A DNA stretch of 62,972 nt, filler included, from Anaerolineae bacterium (GTDB lineage Bacteria; Chloroflexota; Anaerolineae; Epilineales; Epilineaceae): NCBI GenBank assembly GCA_029262755.1. It is 7 parts of 7 records of this genome, joined end to end, with 100 filler letters (N's around TTAATTAATTAA, not from the genome) between each part and the next. Parts side by side here need not be neighbours in the genome. Positions count along the whole stretch, not along the records: positions 26,003 to 38,321 come from JAJCYU010000082.1; positions 38,422 to 53,631 come from JAJCYU010000083.1; 5 more parts are not named here. One strand, 5' to 3'. Below the pieces are notes generated by a model. It worked only from the letters and a program-made list of their open reading frames with translations. It ran no database searches and was not told the DNA's origin. This document shows positions 32,401-41,828 of this stretch, in pieces; positions within the stretch are counted from its first letter, which is position 1; each line of letters begins with the position of its first letter. The position numbers were made by a program, and so were the translations under genes.

Positions 32401-32778
32401 CGTCTAACCGGCGCACGCGGCGCCCTGGAGTTTGCGCTCGGCCAGGTGAGCACCGGCAGTGGCACCCGCATTGACCTCGGCCTGGCAGCCGCCTTCAACG
32501 AACTCGTGGGTTCGCGTCACAAAGCCGCCAACGAGCGTGTGATCATCCTGCTCACCGACGGCCGGCCGACGGCGGGCACGGAGATCGACGTGCTCAAGCG
32601 CGCGCGCGAAGCGCGTGCCGCGGGCATCGCGGTGTATGCCATCGCGTTGGGCTCCAACGCGGACCTGGTGCTGTTGTCGGTGGTGACCAACGACCTTTCG
32701 CGCACCTACCGCGCCCCGAATGCCGAACAGCTACGGTTGATCTACGAGTCGATCGCCGGCGACGTCCTATGCGAGTAG
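29491..32778 (+). CDS. Paralogous secreted NHL/beta-propeller + vWA + DUF11-like + vWA adhesin
   Basis: Signal LPFVLGLALCAAWLFAPAVA; MIDAS DRSGS and DNSSS; same architecture as the upstream gene. Confidence 0.88.
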   Translation: MSTPDRPVSIRLPFVLGLALCAAWLFAPAVATQPVAAQALEGYRLVDSWTTRQPQGIAEFGSPAGVDVAADGTIYVADSGRRVVHKLDADGLLLDAWDVAPGGERPFDVATSGDRVFTIAINDGQILSSAGAPAGGWSVDGMTGAAVGPNRTLYTARLEQGSFGLQPVIDLRDTSGNLRETWRDDSTFIQHSCGLDVGADGRVYLAADGAIYVWRDGSIEKLLRLRRAIEGNLITDVSVDAQGRVFAVRGGSASSCGGGGVDDRYVVMWKDIDAAPGVVTSSADRQLRGSVAIATGPGAGLVVATVDGTAFKGISWLPDRSDLQERFVRWGVIDESLGVLEAPQRVAVTDDGDVIITDRQDVIQRWSDTGRPLEKWDGELVSDIGALGDRPCVLAGRTVRCLLDGGGTAWEAPLVDEAWISAIDAGTNRLARVDLGRQIVELFDTNGAPTGQFPLPSPLGFAVFSDVAIDGNRIYLADRSSGLVHVFGLDGTVAQPPLGLPSAAVRLSARDGALFALTGDGWILKYAADGTPRAAWRPLATGLPSDVAVGGNGRVYVTDPDRSRNRILVFEPGGTPAATFPEAPDLRCEVRVDKQAAPERVRVGAQVEISLHIDGACPEGDGRLDVALVVDRSGSMKPEDIAAAQNAVVSFLGELTPGAAQVSLIAFSSEAEVLTPLTSDLQQVVQGVSGLSASGMTRIDLALQAALAEMTGPGGRSDVPRVAVLMTDGQPTTNDEGPTKSAANALKGAGIQLYTIGLGEGIDDGLLRELASSPELYFQANSDLDLVTVYGEIGRLISATELLQTAQVDDELPADMQYVLGSADPPATWDPGTRTLTWALSGVPTSGQRLTYQVVPSRVGRRPTNVQARIFWRDASDTPGQLTFPVPEIEVESSLVFLPYTSRNICRPQRADVAILIDNSSSMREPASPGSTVSKLDAAKSAVRVFLSEMNFPDDQASIITFDQSVRMDQRLTGARGALEFALGQVSTGSGTRIDLGLAAAFNELVGSRHKAANERVIILLTDGRPTAGTEIDVLKRAREARAAGIAVYAIALGSNADLVLLSVVTNDLSRTYRAPNAEQLRLIYESIAGDVLCE

Positions 32779-33023
32779 CCTGCGTGTAGCCGGTGCTTGC
32801 GGCATGACCGGAGGCGTCTGGATGGCCCCGCGGTTGGGCCGGCATACCGCGCCGTTCCGATGCCCGGCCGTCGCACCGAACGCGCGACGACTATTGTGCC
32901 GCCCCGGCCGGCGGCTATACTTCCCGCCCGCCTGGCCCTGTGCCGGGCGGGCGTTCGTTCGGGCCCACGCGGCGCGCCAGGCCCGACTTTTCTCGCCGGC
33001 CCCAGCCCCAATTCAGGACGGTC

Positions 33024-35027
33024 ATGCCCATGATCGCGCGGTTGTCGCAAGCGCTGCTCCCGACGGCTCGCAGGCTCGGATGCCTGCTTGTGCTCACAGT
33101 CGCCGCGTGCACCGATCCCGGCCCGCGCACGGGTCCCGGGACACCGGTTGCCGAGCCGACGGCCGATCCGAATGCGCTCGTCTGGGCCCTCTCCGAGGCT
33201 CCCGCGGGCCTGGATCCCGCCCGCATGACCATCGATCCCGGTGGCTGGCAGGTAGCCGCGCAAGCCTACGACCGTCTCTTTCGGTTTCGGCAAGACGGAA
33301 GCTTCCAATTGGCCCCCGGCATCGCGGCGGATTGGGATGTGGATCTGGGCGGCAAGACCTACACGTTCGTGTTGCGTGACGGACTGCGCTTTCACGACGG
33401 CACGCCGCTCGACGCGCCGGCGGTCAAATGGAACTTCGATCGGTGGATGGATCCGCGGCACGAGGGTCATCACGGTGACTTTCTTGCGTGGCAGTCCTTC
33501 TTCGGTGGCTTTGTCGGGCAGGTCGATGAGGGCAGCGGTCGTGCCTTCAACCTGGTTGAGCGCGTGCAAGCCCTCGACCGGGGCACGGTGCGCGTGACCT
33601 TGCGGGAGCCCTTTGCGCCCTTCCCCTACCACCTTGCGACCCTGCCGTTCAGCCTTGCGAGCCCAACCGCAATTCGCGCGCAAGGCGCAGAGTACGGCAC
33701 GGACGGGGAGCACCTTCCCGTGGGCAGCGGCCCATTTCGCGTCCAACGCTGGGACAAGGCCACCGGTGGCGTCCGCCTCGTTCCATTCCCAGGCCATTGG
33801 ACCGGCGCCCCCGCTGCGCCCGCGATCGAGATGACCGCCATCCCCGACGACGACGCGCGGCTGGCGGCGCTCAGCGAGGGCGTTGTCCACGGTGCGGAGT
33901 TCTCGGCCGGTGCACGCGTGCCTGCCGTGGTCCCGGGGCTGGCCAGCGTACCTCGTCCCGCGCGCCAGACTGCCTGGCTCATGCTCAACCATCAACGGGC
34001 GCCGCTCGACAATCCTCGGATTCGCGAAGCCCTCGCGCTTGCCGTCGATAGAACGGCGCTTGCGCGCGACCAGTTTGGGCCCTTCGCCCTACCCGCCGCG
34101 CAGCTGCTCCCGCCGGGCTTCCCGGGCCATGACCAAGCGATTCTCCCCCGCGAACACGATCTTGCGCGTGCGAAGGAACTCCTGGCTGAAGCGGGCGCCG
34201 AAGAAGGGTTCCGCCTCAACATCTGGGTCCCCACGACCGAACGTCCGTACCTGCCCCAGCCGCGCGGAACCGCCGAAACACTGGCCGCCATGTTGCGCGA
34301 GGCGGGTATCGACGCCCGCGTCCGAACCGACACCTTGCGACGCTTTCTCTCCAGCCGCGATACGGGGCGCTATACCGCATGGATCGTCGGCTGGCAGCTC
34401 CAATCACCGGATCCGGACAATGCCTGGTATTGGCACTTCAGCCCGGCACGCGTGGCGGCGGAAGGGCAGTACGTGAACGAGGGCCTCTTCCAACTGTTGC
34501 TCGATGCACAGCGGACGATCTCAAGCGACTTGCGCGAGGAAATGTACTTCAGCGCCGCGCAGACGCTGCGCGCCGAATCACCGCGCATCTTCCTGGCGCA
34601 CGCACGCGACCGCGTCCTGTTGTCTCCTGACGTGCGCGGCTTCGCACCGGGCCCCATGGGCTTTGATGACCTTTCCGTCGTGTCGGTGGCCGCCGCGGCA
34701 GGCGTGGACAGCCTCGGCGAGGCCCCGACACCGGCGGCCGGCACACCGGCTCCAACCAGCACGTCCGCCCCGAGCCCGGAGTCGACGGTGGATCCCGATG
34801 GCGAAGGGGATGACGATGATGACGACGACGGCGACGAGGACGAGGACGAGGACGAGGAAGAGAACGGCGCCACCGACGACGATGATGCAACGGGTTCCGC
34901 CGAGGAAGGCGCCTCGGAAACGCGCGCCGTTCCTTCCGCGACCACGACCGCCGTGCAGACACCCGTAGCGGGCCGAGACCAGACTGCGACCCCCCGCCCC
35001 ACCACCCGATCACCCGGTGACCCGTAG
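33024..35027 (+). CDS. DppA/OppA-family ABC substrate-binding lipoprotein with acidic tail
   Basis: Lipobox LTVAAC; YTFVLRDGLRFHDGTPLDAPAVKWNFDR family-5 signature; PVGSGPF; TATACT box at 32916-32921. Confidence 0.9.
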   Translation: MPMIARLSQALLPTARRLGCLLVLTVAACTDPGPRTGPGTPVAEPTADPNALVWALSEAPAGLDPARMTIDPGGWQVAAQAYDRLFRFRQDGSFQLAPGIAADWDVDLGGKTYTFVLRDGLRFHDGTPLDAPAVKWNFDRWMDPRHEGHHGDFLAWQSFFGGFVGQVDEGSGRAFNLVERVQALDRGTVRVTLREPFAPFPYHLATLPFSLASPTAIRAQGAEYGTDGEHLPVGSGPFRVQRWDKATGGVRLVPFPGHWTGAPAAPAIEMTAIPDDDARLAALSEGVVHGAEFSAGARVPAVVPGLASVPRPARQTAWLMLNHQRAPLDNPRIREALALAVDRTALARDQFGPFALPAAQLLPPGFPGHDQAILPREHDLARAKELLAEAGAEEGFRLNIWVPTTERPYLPQPRGTAETLAAMLREAGIDARVRTDTLRRFLSSRDTGRYTAWIVGWQLQSPDPDNAWYWHFSPARVAAEGQYVNEGLFQLLLDAQRTISSDLREEMYFSAAQTLRAESPRIFLAHARDRVLLSPDVRGFAPGPMGFDDLSVVSVAAAAGVDSLGEAPTPAAGTPAPTSTSAPSPESTVDPDGEGDDDDDDDGDEDEDEDEEENGATDDDDATGSAEEGASETRAVPSATTTAVQTPVAGRDQTATPRPTTRSPGDP

Positions 35028-35098
35028 ACCCATAGACCCCTGACCCCGCGCACACTCGAATCGACCAACGCTGCGAATCCAGACATAGGGAGCGAATC

Positions 35099-35473
35099 GT
35101 GAAGGATCAACAGGACAACCAGAAGGACGGCTCGCGTCAGGAAACGCGCGTGTTCCGCGACCTCATCCGCCACGGCCAGCGCGCTTGGACTCTCATGCTC
35201 GACCAGCGTGTACCGGCCAAGCAGAAGCTGATACCCGCGGCGGCCCTCGCGTACCTGGTCTCGCCGATCGATCTCCTGCCAGAGATCGCGATACCCGGCC
35301 TCGGCTTGATGGATGACTTCGTGGTGCTGCTCCTGGCCCTGCGTATGTTCAACCATCTCGCGGACCAGCATCTCGCCCGCCTTGCAGAGCCTGGCGGGCC
35401 GTCGATCGACGCTCCGTATCGCGTGCACGATGCCTCCGATTCGTCGGGCGGCGGCCAGGATATCGGCGTCTAG
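35099..35473 (+). CDS. YkvA/DUF1232 family membrane protein
   Basis: DQRVP...ALAYLVSPIDLLPE...GLMDD. Confidence 0.88.
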   Translation: MKDQQDNQKDGSRQETRVFRDLIRHGQRAWTLMLDQRVPAKQKLIPAAALAYLVSPIDLLPEIAIPGLGLMDDFVVLLLALRMFNHLADQHLARLAEPGGPSIDAPYRVHDASDSSGGGQDIGV

Positions 35474-35580
35474 ATAGCTTCCGTGACGCGGCGTGTTGCG
35501 CAGGACGTCTCAAACGAGCAGCACGACGAAGCGCTCTGGATCGCGTAGGAGAGGCGATTCGGGCTGCTATACTCGAACGC

Positions 35581-36714
35581 GTGACTCGTACTTTCTCGCC
35601 GGTCGACGCCCTGCGCGTACATCGCCTTCAAACCGGTGGTCAATCCTTTGATTTTGAAGGCGACGTGCTGCTCGGGCGTTCGCCGACGCAACGCGCCCTG
35701 GGAGCCCTGCTACCCCTGCCCGAACGGGGAGCGGATACGGTGCTGCTCGACGACGGCGAGACCGGCTGCCCGGCGGGCTTCGTGCAGGGACGCCGGCATG
35801 TAGACGGCGCCGCCGCGGATCTGACATTCCTCGCACCGGCCTGCGAAGCGGAACACGGCGCGGCCCTGACCTGGCAGCGATTGCTCAGCGCATTCTGTCG
35901 CCACATGGGCGGCCTCGCGGTTCGCAGCGTGCTCGTGCGCGTCGAACAGGACGCGAACCTCGCCATCCAGATCGTCCGCCGCAGTGGATTCTTGCCCGTG
36001 GACGTGGACACCGTAATGCGCCGGCCCTTCGATCCCGCGGAGGCGGATCCAACGCCACGCGTCGAGCAGATGAGCCCACAGCCAACTTCGTCTCCGAGCT
36101 CAAACAAGCCAGACGATCCGTCGGTGTACATGACGCGGGCGTTCGAACGCCACGATCACGCCATTGACGGTCTCGTCCGGGCAACGCAGCCCCCCGCGCT
36201 CAAACAGGCTTTCGCCGGTGGTGAGCCGTGGCGGCAACGCGTGCTTGGCGGCCACTCGACGCGCGCCGAGATCGCGCGAGTCCGTCTGGACGCGCAAGGT
36301 GCGGTGACCGGTGCTTGGCGCCTCATTCAGGGCAGACAGGGCCACTGGCTTCAGGTCGTCGCGGGGCCCGACGGCGACGCCGAAAGACTTGTCGCGGACG
36401 CAACGTCAGAGCTTGCAAGGTCCGGCTGGCCCACACAGCCTTTGTTCGCTCGGGCCGCCGGGTATGAGCCCGGCTTGCACCTTGCCCTCCGCCACGCCGG
36501 CTTTGCGCCGGTGATCACCCGCTATCGCTTCGTCAGGCACACCGCCGTTCGCGTGCTCGCACCGGCTTGGAAAGAGCAGCCCGGCCTACTTGGCGTACGC
36601 TCCGTTCGGCCGGCGGCCCAGTCGCGCGGCTCGATTCCCCTTCGCGCGAATGCCCGTCCTCATTCCGCCGTCAAGAGGCGGCATGTGGACGCCTACCAGG
36701 AGTCATCCCATTGA
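35581..36714 (+). CDS. Hypothetical protein, degenerate tandem GNAT-like
   Basis: Two motif-B-like ends ([16 protein letters not shown]); coupled to the next gene by a TTGA overlap. Confidence 0.6.
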   Translation: MTRTFSPVDALRVHRLQTGGQSFDFEGDVLLGRSPTQRALGALLPLPERGADTVLLDDGETGCPAGFVQGRRHVDGAAADLTFLAPACEAEHGAALTWQRLLSAFCRHMGGLAVRSVLVRVEQDANLAIQIVRRSGFLPVDVDTVMRRPFDPAEADPTPRVEQMSPQPTSSPSSNKPDDPSVYMTRAFERHDHAIDGLVRATQPPALKQAFAGGEPWRQRVLGGHSTRAEIARVRLDAQGAVTGAWRLIQGRQGHWLQVVAGPDGDAERLVADATSELARSGWPTQPLFARAAGYEPGLHLALRHAGFAPVITRYRFVRHTAVRVLAPAWKEQPGLLGVRSVRPAAQSRGSIPLRANARPHSAVKRRHVDAYQESSH

Positions 36715-38321
36715 GTAGATCTACCCAATCCAACCTAGCGCGGCCCGTCGCAGCGGAACCGCCCAACGAGGTCGACCTCCTCATCCAAGTGCTACCGCCG
36801 GCCCTGCAGGCAGCCGTTCGGGAAGCATCGGGGGAGGACGGGCTGGTCGAGATCGTCATGGACCTCGGGCGCCGTCCGGAGGTGCGCACTGTATCGGGTC
36901 TGCGTGTCTTCGACGGCCTGGAAATCGGACAGGGCGATATCGACCATGTCGTTTCCCGCGTCGGCGTGTTCGGGGACGACAACCGTGCGGGCATCGCGCG
37001 AACGCTGCACCGTATCTCCGCGATCCGCAACCGCTCCGAGGCCGTGATCGGCCTTACCCTGCGTGCCGGACGTGCGATCTTCGGCACCGCCGACCTCGTG
37101 CGCGACGTCATCGAGGCCGGTTCCAGCGTGTTGCTCGTCGGCCGTCCTGGGGTAGGCAAGACCACCCTGCTGCGCGAAGCGGCGCGCATCTTGTCGCAAT
37201 CGAAGCGGGTGGTCATCGTGGATACATCCAACGAGATCGCCGGCGACGGCGATATTCCGCACCCGGCCATCGGTCGCGCTCGTCGAATGCAGGTACGCAC
37301 CCCCGGTCAGCAGCACGAGGTCATGATCGAAGCCGTCGAGAACCACAATCCACAAGTGATCGTGATCGACGAGATCGGGCGCGAGCTGGAGGCGCAGGCC
37401 GCGCGCACGATCGCGGAGCGCGGCGTCCAGTTGATCGGCACGGCCCACGGCAACACTCTCGAGAACCTCATCAACAACCCGACGCTGTCCGATCTGGTGG
37501 GTGGCGTGGAAAGCGTCACGCTCTCCGACGAAGAGGCGCGACGGCGCGGCACGCAAAAGAGCGTGCTCGAACGCCGTGCCCCGCCCACCTTCAACGTGGC
37601 GATCGAGATCCAAGCCTGGTATCGCTACGCATTGCATCACGACGTCGGCGCTGCCGTGGATTCCTTGTTGCGGGGTCGTCCACTCGTCGCGGAAGTTCGA
37701 TACCGGGACGATGTCGGTGCACCGCGCGTTGAAGAGGGCTCACCGCTGCCCGCGGCCCGCGACACCTCGACGCTAGGCCGCGCCCGCGCCGCGGACGCAT
37801 TGCGCACAAAGGCGCCCGCGCCCGCCGCGACGACCGGTCGCGCGGCGCACGCGCCGCCGCGTAGGGGCGAGGACGCAGCGTCCCGGAAGGTGGCCGCCGC
37901 GACGGATACGGTCCGCGGGCCGCGTTCGTTGCGTATCTTCGCATACGGGGTCAGCCAGGACCGCCTGCGGCGTTCCGCCCGTGCACTGGAAGTTCCGATG
38001 GTGTTGGTCGACGACCTCGACGAGGCCGATGCGTTGGTCACACTCAAGAGCTACTACCGTAAGCGGCCCGTCGTGATCAACGACGCGGAGACCCGTCGCA
38101 TTCCCGTCTACGTGCTGCGCAGCAACACCTACGCCCAAGTCGAGAACGTGCTGGTCGATCTCTTCGGCATCCGCAGCACCGAAGACCCACGTGACGCCGC
38201 CATAGAGGAAGCGCGCACGGCCATCCGCGCGATCAGCAACGGCGAGCGCGCCATGGTGGAGCTCGCGCCCCAAAACTCCTTTCTGCGTCGCCAGCAGCAC
38301 GAGCTCGTGCGCGACGCGAAG
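36711..38321 (+). CDS. SpoIIIAA/Ycf45-like AAA ATPase with C-terminal R3H domain (3' truncated)
   Basis: [48 protein letters not shown]. Confidence 0.9.
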
Positions 38322-38421
38322 NNNNNNNNNNNNNNNNNNNNNNNNNNNNNNNNNNNNNNNNNNNNTTAATTAATTAANNNNNNNNNNNNNNNNNNNNNNN
38401 NNNNNNNNNNNNNNNNNNNNN

Positions 38422-39235
38422 CTTCTTTGCGCCGCTTGAACTACGCGCTTCGGGGGAAGGCCCTGGCGCCGGCCGCATCGTGGTGGAGAGCTTGCCCGGC
38501 CCCGATGGCGCCGTCCCCCCGCCCATCCATGCCCTGCAGCTCGCCCTGAGTTACGACAACGCGGCCCGCATGACCACCACGGGAGCGGACATCACCGCCC
38601 TGCATGCCACCGCGAACCGCGATGGTGCTCCTGCGGGAGGCTCGGGTGAGCAGGCCGGCCCGGACGCCGGTGCAGGCCCCGAAAGCGTCTGGCTCCTGGC
38701 CGGCATCGCCGGCAGAGGAACGCGGATCGATCGCCCCCTCATCGCGCTGGCCAGCACCGTCGAGGGCCCAGGCCACGTGGACGTCAGCGTGCGCGGGATC
38801 GACGCGAGCGGCGTCGTGGCCGAGCGCTGCGTGCGTCTGGCCGCCGGAGGCGCAACCACCGTCGACATGGTCAACCACCTCCCGCGCGGCTTCCGCGGCG
38901 CGGCCCTCGTTTCGGCCGTCGCCTGGTCCGCCGACCTCCCCGCACCCGCACTATCCGTATCGGCCCTGCGCCTCGGACTTCCCCGCAGTACGGACGGCAC
39001 CGGCGCCGACGCCTTCGTCCTCTCATCCGGCTCCCCGCTCGACGCCGACATAGCGTGGCCGAAGCAACTCCCGCCCGCCTGCGCCGACGGCCCCGAGCCC
39101 CAGCCGGCGCCGACCGAGCGCAGCGTCCCGCGGCCACAAGCCTCGCCGACGCCCGCAACGCCCGCCGCAACCGCCACGCCGGCGCACGATCCGGAATGGA
39201 CGGTGTGGCTGCCTTGGGGCAGCACGCGGCGCTAA
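38422..39235 (+). CDS. 3' part of a secreted-type protein with terminal WLP tag
   Basis: Open from the contig edge; module resembles 14267-15775; PT linker then WTVWLPWGSTRR. Confidence 0.65.
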
Positions 39236-39343
39236 TTCCGTACGACGCGTCGTGAACCAGCGCGTGGGTCGACCCGCGCCCGACAGCGGGTCGACCCCGT
39301 GCTCCGATCTTGCTTCTCGATTCCCCGCTCCATCAACCTGCGA

Positions 39344-40132
39344 CTACGACGGCGGCTTCACTTCCGACCCGATCGTCAGATCGATGAACCGCGTGATCAG
39401 GTCGATCGGCAGTGGGAAGACGATCGTGCTGTTGTGCTCCGCCGAGATCTCGACGAGCGTCTGCAGATAGCGCAGCTGGATCGTGGTCGGCTCGGCGCCC
39501 ATGATGGCGGCGGCCTCGGCCAGCTTTACGGCAGCCTCGCTCTCACCGGCCGCGTGAATGATCTTGGCGCGGCGCTCGCGCTCGGCTTCGGCCTGCTTGG
39601 CCATGGCGCGCTTCATGTTCTCGGGCAGCTCAACATCCTTGACCTCGACCACGGAAACCTTGATGCCCCAGGGCTCGGTGGCCTCGTCGATGATCTTCTG
39701 TAGCTTACGGTTGATCTCTTCGCGTCGGCTGAGCAACTCGTCGAGCTCGCTCTGGCCGATGACGTTACGCAGCGAGGTCTGCGCGATCTGCTGCGTCGCG
39801 CGCATGTAGTTCTCGACCTTCACGATGGCCGCCACGGGGTCCAGCACGCGGTAGTACACCACCGCGTTGACCTTGATCGTGACGTTGTCGCCCGTGATCG
39901 CTTCCTGCGAAGGCACATCCAGCGTGACCACACGCATGTCGATCTTCGGCATGCGGTCGATAAAGGGAATGACGAAGCGCAATCCGGGCTCGCGCACGGC
40001 CACTACGCGCCCAAGGCGGAAGATTACGCCGCGCTCGTACTCCTGAACGATCTTGACGGACATCTGGAAGAGAAAGATGCCGACAACGACAAGCGGCACG
40101 ATGCCGCTAAAAATGCTGAAGAGAATGTCCAT
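39344..40132 (-). CDS. SPFH/stomatin (slipin) family protein
   Basis: [12 protein letters not shown]...QTSLRNVIG...[15 protein letters not shown]...LRYLQTL. Confidence 0.95.
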   Translation of the reverse strand: MDILFSIFSGIVPLVVVGIFLFQMSVKIVQEYERGVIFRLGRVVAVREPGLRFVIPFIDRMPKIDMRVVTLDVPSQEAITGDNVTIKVNAVVYYRVLDPVAAIVKVENYMRATQQIAQTSLRNVIGQSELDELLSRREEINRKLQKIIDEATEPWGIKVSVVEVKDVELPENMKRAMAKQAEAERERRAKIIHAAGESEAAVKLAEAAAIMGAEPTTIQLRYLQTLVEISAEHNSTIVFPLPIDLITRFIDLTIGSEVKPPS

Positions 40133-40285
40133 AGAATCGCGCCTCCGAGGGGGCGTTGACGGTCCCACATGGGCCCGCTGAAATCGGGTTGAGCACACGT
40201 CCCGTGTGCGATCGATGCACCGTACCTTGCCCGTCCTACATGGGACGCGCCAACGAGAGGGCCGCTCTTGCGCGAGTCGCAGGGC

Positions 40286-41827
40286 TCATTCGCGCGCCAC
40301 CTCGAGCGTGAAGCCGTCGCGACCGACGACGATAACCGTGGCTCCGGCGGCGACCGGGGACTCTGCGGCCGCGGCGGCTACGGCAGCTACGGCGGACGGC
40401 TGGGCCCCAGATGCAACCTCGGATCCCGCGGGCGCCACGGGCTCTGCGGTCGACAGTGGCGAGCGATCGCCCGCCGCGGACGCGCCCGCCACAACCGCAT
40501 CCCACAATTCGCCGTCGATCAAGACCGTGCCGCGCGGGTCCAGCGCCCGCTTCACCTCTGCCTCCCGTCCGAGCATGCCCTCGAAGCCGGTCTTGGGCTG
40601 GCTGCGCTGCGCGCGCCAAATGGCGCCGAGCACGAAGAACACGAAGGCGCCCATGGCAAGGGCAAGGCCGATCACGGTCGCCCACGGCACGCCGAAGGCA
40701 GTATCGGCAAAGAGGATGACCGAGCCCAAGATGAACAGCAGTACGCCGATCGCCACAAAGATGCCTCCGGAGGAGGCTTGCACTTCGAGCACGAACATCG
40801 CGATCGCGACGACGAAGAAGGCCAGGCCGACCCAGTTCGCGTCCAGCGCGCCGAGGCTGTAGAAGCCGAGCACGAGGGCTACGACACCGACGGCGCCGGC
40901 GACGGAGCCGCCTGGATTCGACAGCTCGATGAGCAGCGCCTGCACCCCGACCGTCAGCAGCAGCAACGCGATCGCCGGCTGCACGAGCAGCGCGAGCAGG
41001 CGCTCGGCGGCGTTCATGGGGATCGGCTCGGGCGCGATGTCGGCAAGCTCGGGCGCGCGAATGCGAACGTTCCGGCCGTCCACCTCGACGCGGGTTCCAT
41101 CCAGCGCCAGCAGCAAGGTCGCCGGACTCTCGGCCACCGCGTCGATCACGCCGAGCTCCAGCGCTTCGTCGGCCGTAGCGCTGGCCGCCTCGCGCACGGC
41201 GCGTTCCGCCCAGTCTACCGCTCGTTGGCCCCTTCGCTTGGCGAACGTGCGCGCCTGGGCGGAAAGATCCTCCGTTACCTTGTCCAGCATCGTGGAGGGC
41301 AGGTCGCCGCCGCCCGGCCCCACCGGGGATGCGGCGCCGATCACGGTCGACGGCGCCATTCCGGACGCGTGTGCGGCGAGCACGAGGAAGGTCCCCGCGG
41401 AGGCGGCCTGCGCGCCGCGCGGCCCTACCCACGCCACGACCGGTACGGTCGCGTTCAGGAAGCGCTCCGCGATGCGACCCATGCTGCCAACGTCGCCGCC
41501 GGGTGTGTTGAGGGTGAGCACGAGCATTGCGTTCTCTGACTCGGCCACGCCAACGGCGCGGTCCACGTAGTCGAACGTGACGTTCGTGATCGGCCCATCG
41601 ATGGTGAAGCCTCGGGCGGCGGACGCGTCGTAGAACGCGCGCGGTGCGACTCCGTCGCCGTCGCCCTGGGCGAGCGCGATCGCGCCGCCAGGGCCGGCGA
41701 TCCCGGCCGACCACGCGAGTGCGAGGACGACGATCGTCATCGACCACGCGAGCAAAGCGCGCGGGGTAGGCACAGCGCAGATTGCCCGATGTATCCGACG
41801 CCTCGATTCGCCTGCGCGTCCGCTCAT
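40286..41827 (-). CDS. NfeD-family membrane serine protease (long form)
   Basis: LNTPGG, AASAGTF, IGAASP, TM block, OB tail GTVLIDGELWDA; usual partner of slipin. Start uncertain. Confidence 0.9.
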   Translation of the reverse strand: MSGRAGESRRRIHRAICAVPTPRALLAWSMTIVVLALAWSAGIAGPGGAIALAQGDGDGVAPRAFYDASAARGFTIDGPITNVTFDYVDRAVGVAESENAMLVLTLNTPGGDVGSMGRIAERFLNATVPVVAWVGPRGAQAASAGTFLVLAAHASGMAPSTVIGAASPVGPGGGDLPSTMLDKVTEDLSAQARTFAKRRGQRAVDWAERAVREAASATADEALELGVIDAVAESPATLLLALDGTRVEVDGRNVRIRAPELADIAPEPIPMNAAERLLALLVQPAIALLLLTVGVQALLIELSNPGGSVAGAVGVVALVLGFYSLGALDANWVGLAFFVVAIAMFVLEVQASSGGIFVAIGVLLFILGSVILFADTAFGVPWATVIGLALAMGAFVFFVLGAIWRAQRSQPKTGFEGMLGREAEVKRALDPRGTVLIDGELWDAVVAGASAAGDRSPLSTAEPVAPAGSEVASGAQPSAVAAVAAAAAESPVAAGATVIVVGRDGFTLEVARE

Positions 41828-41828
41828 C

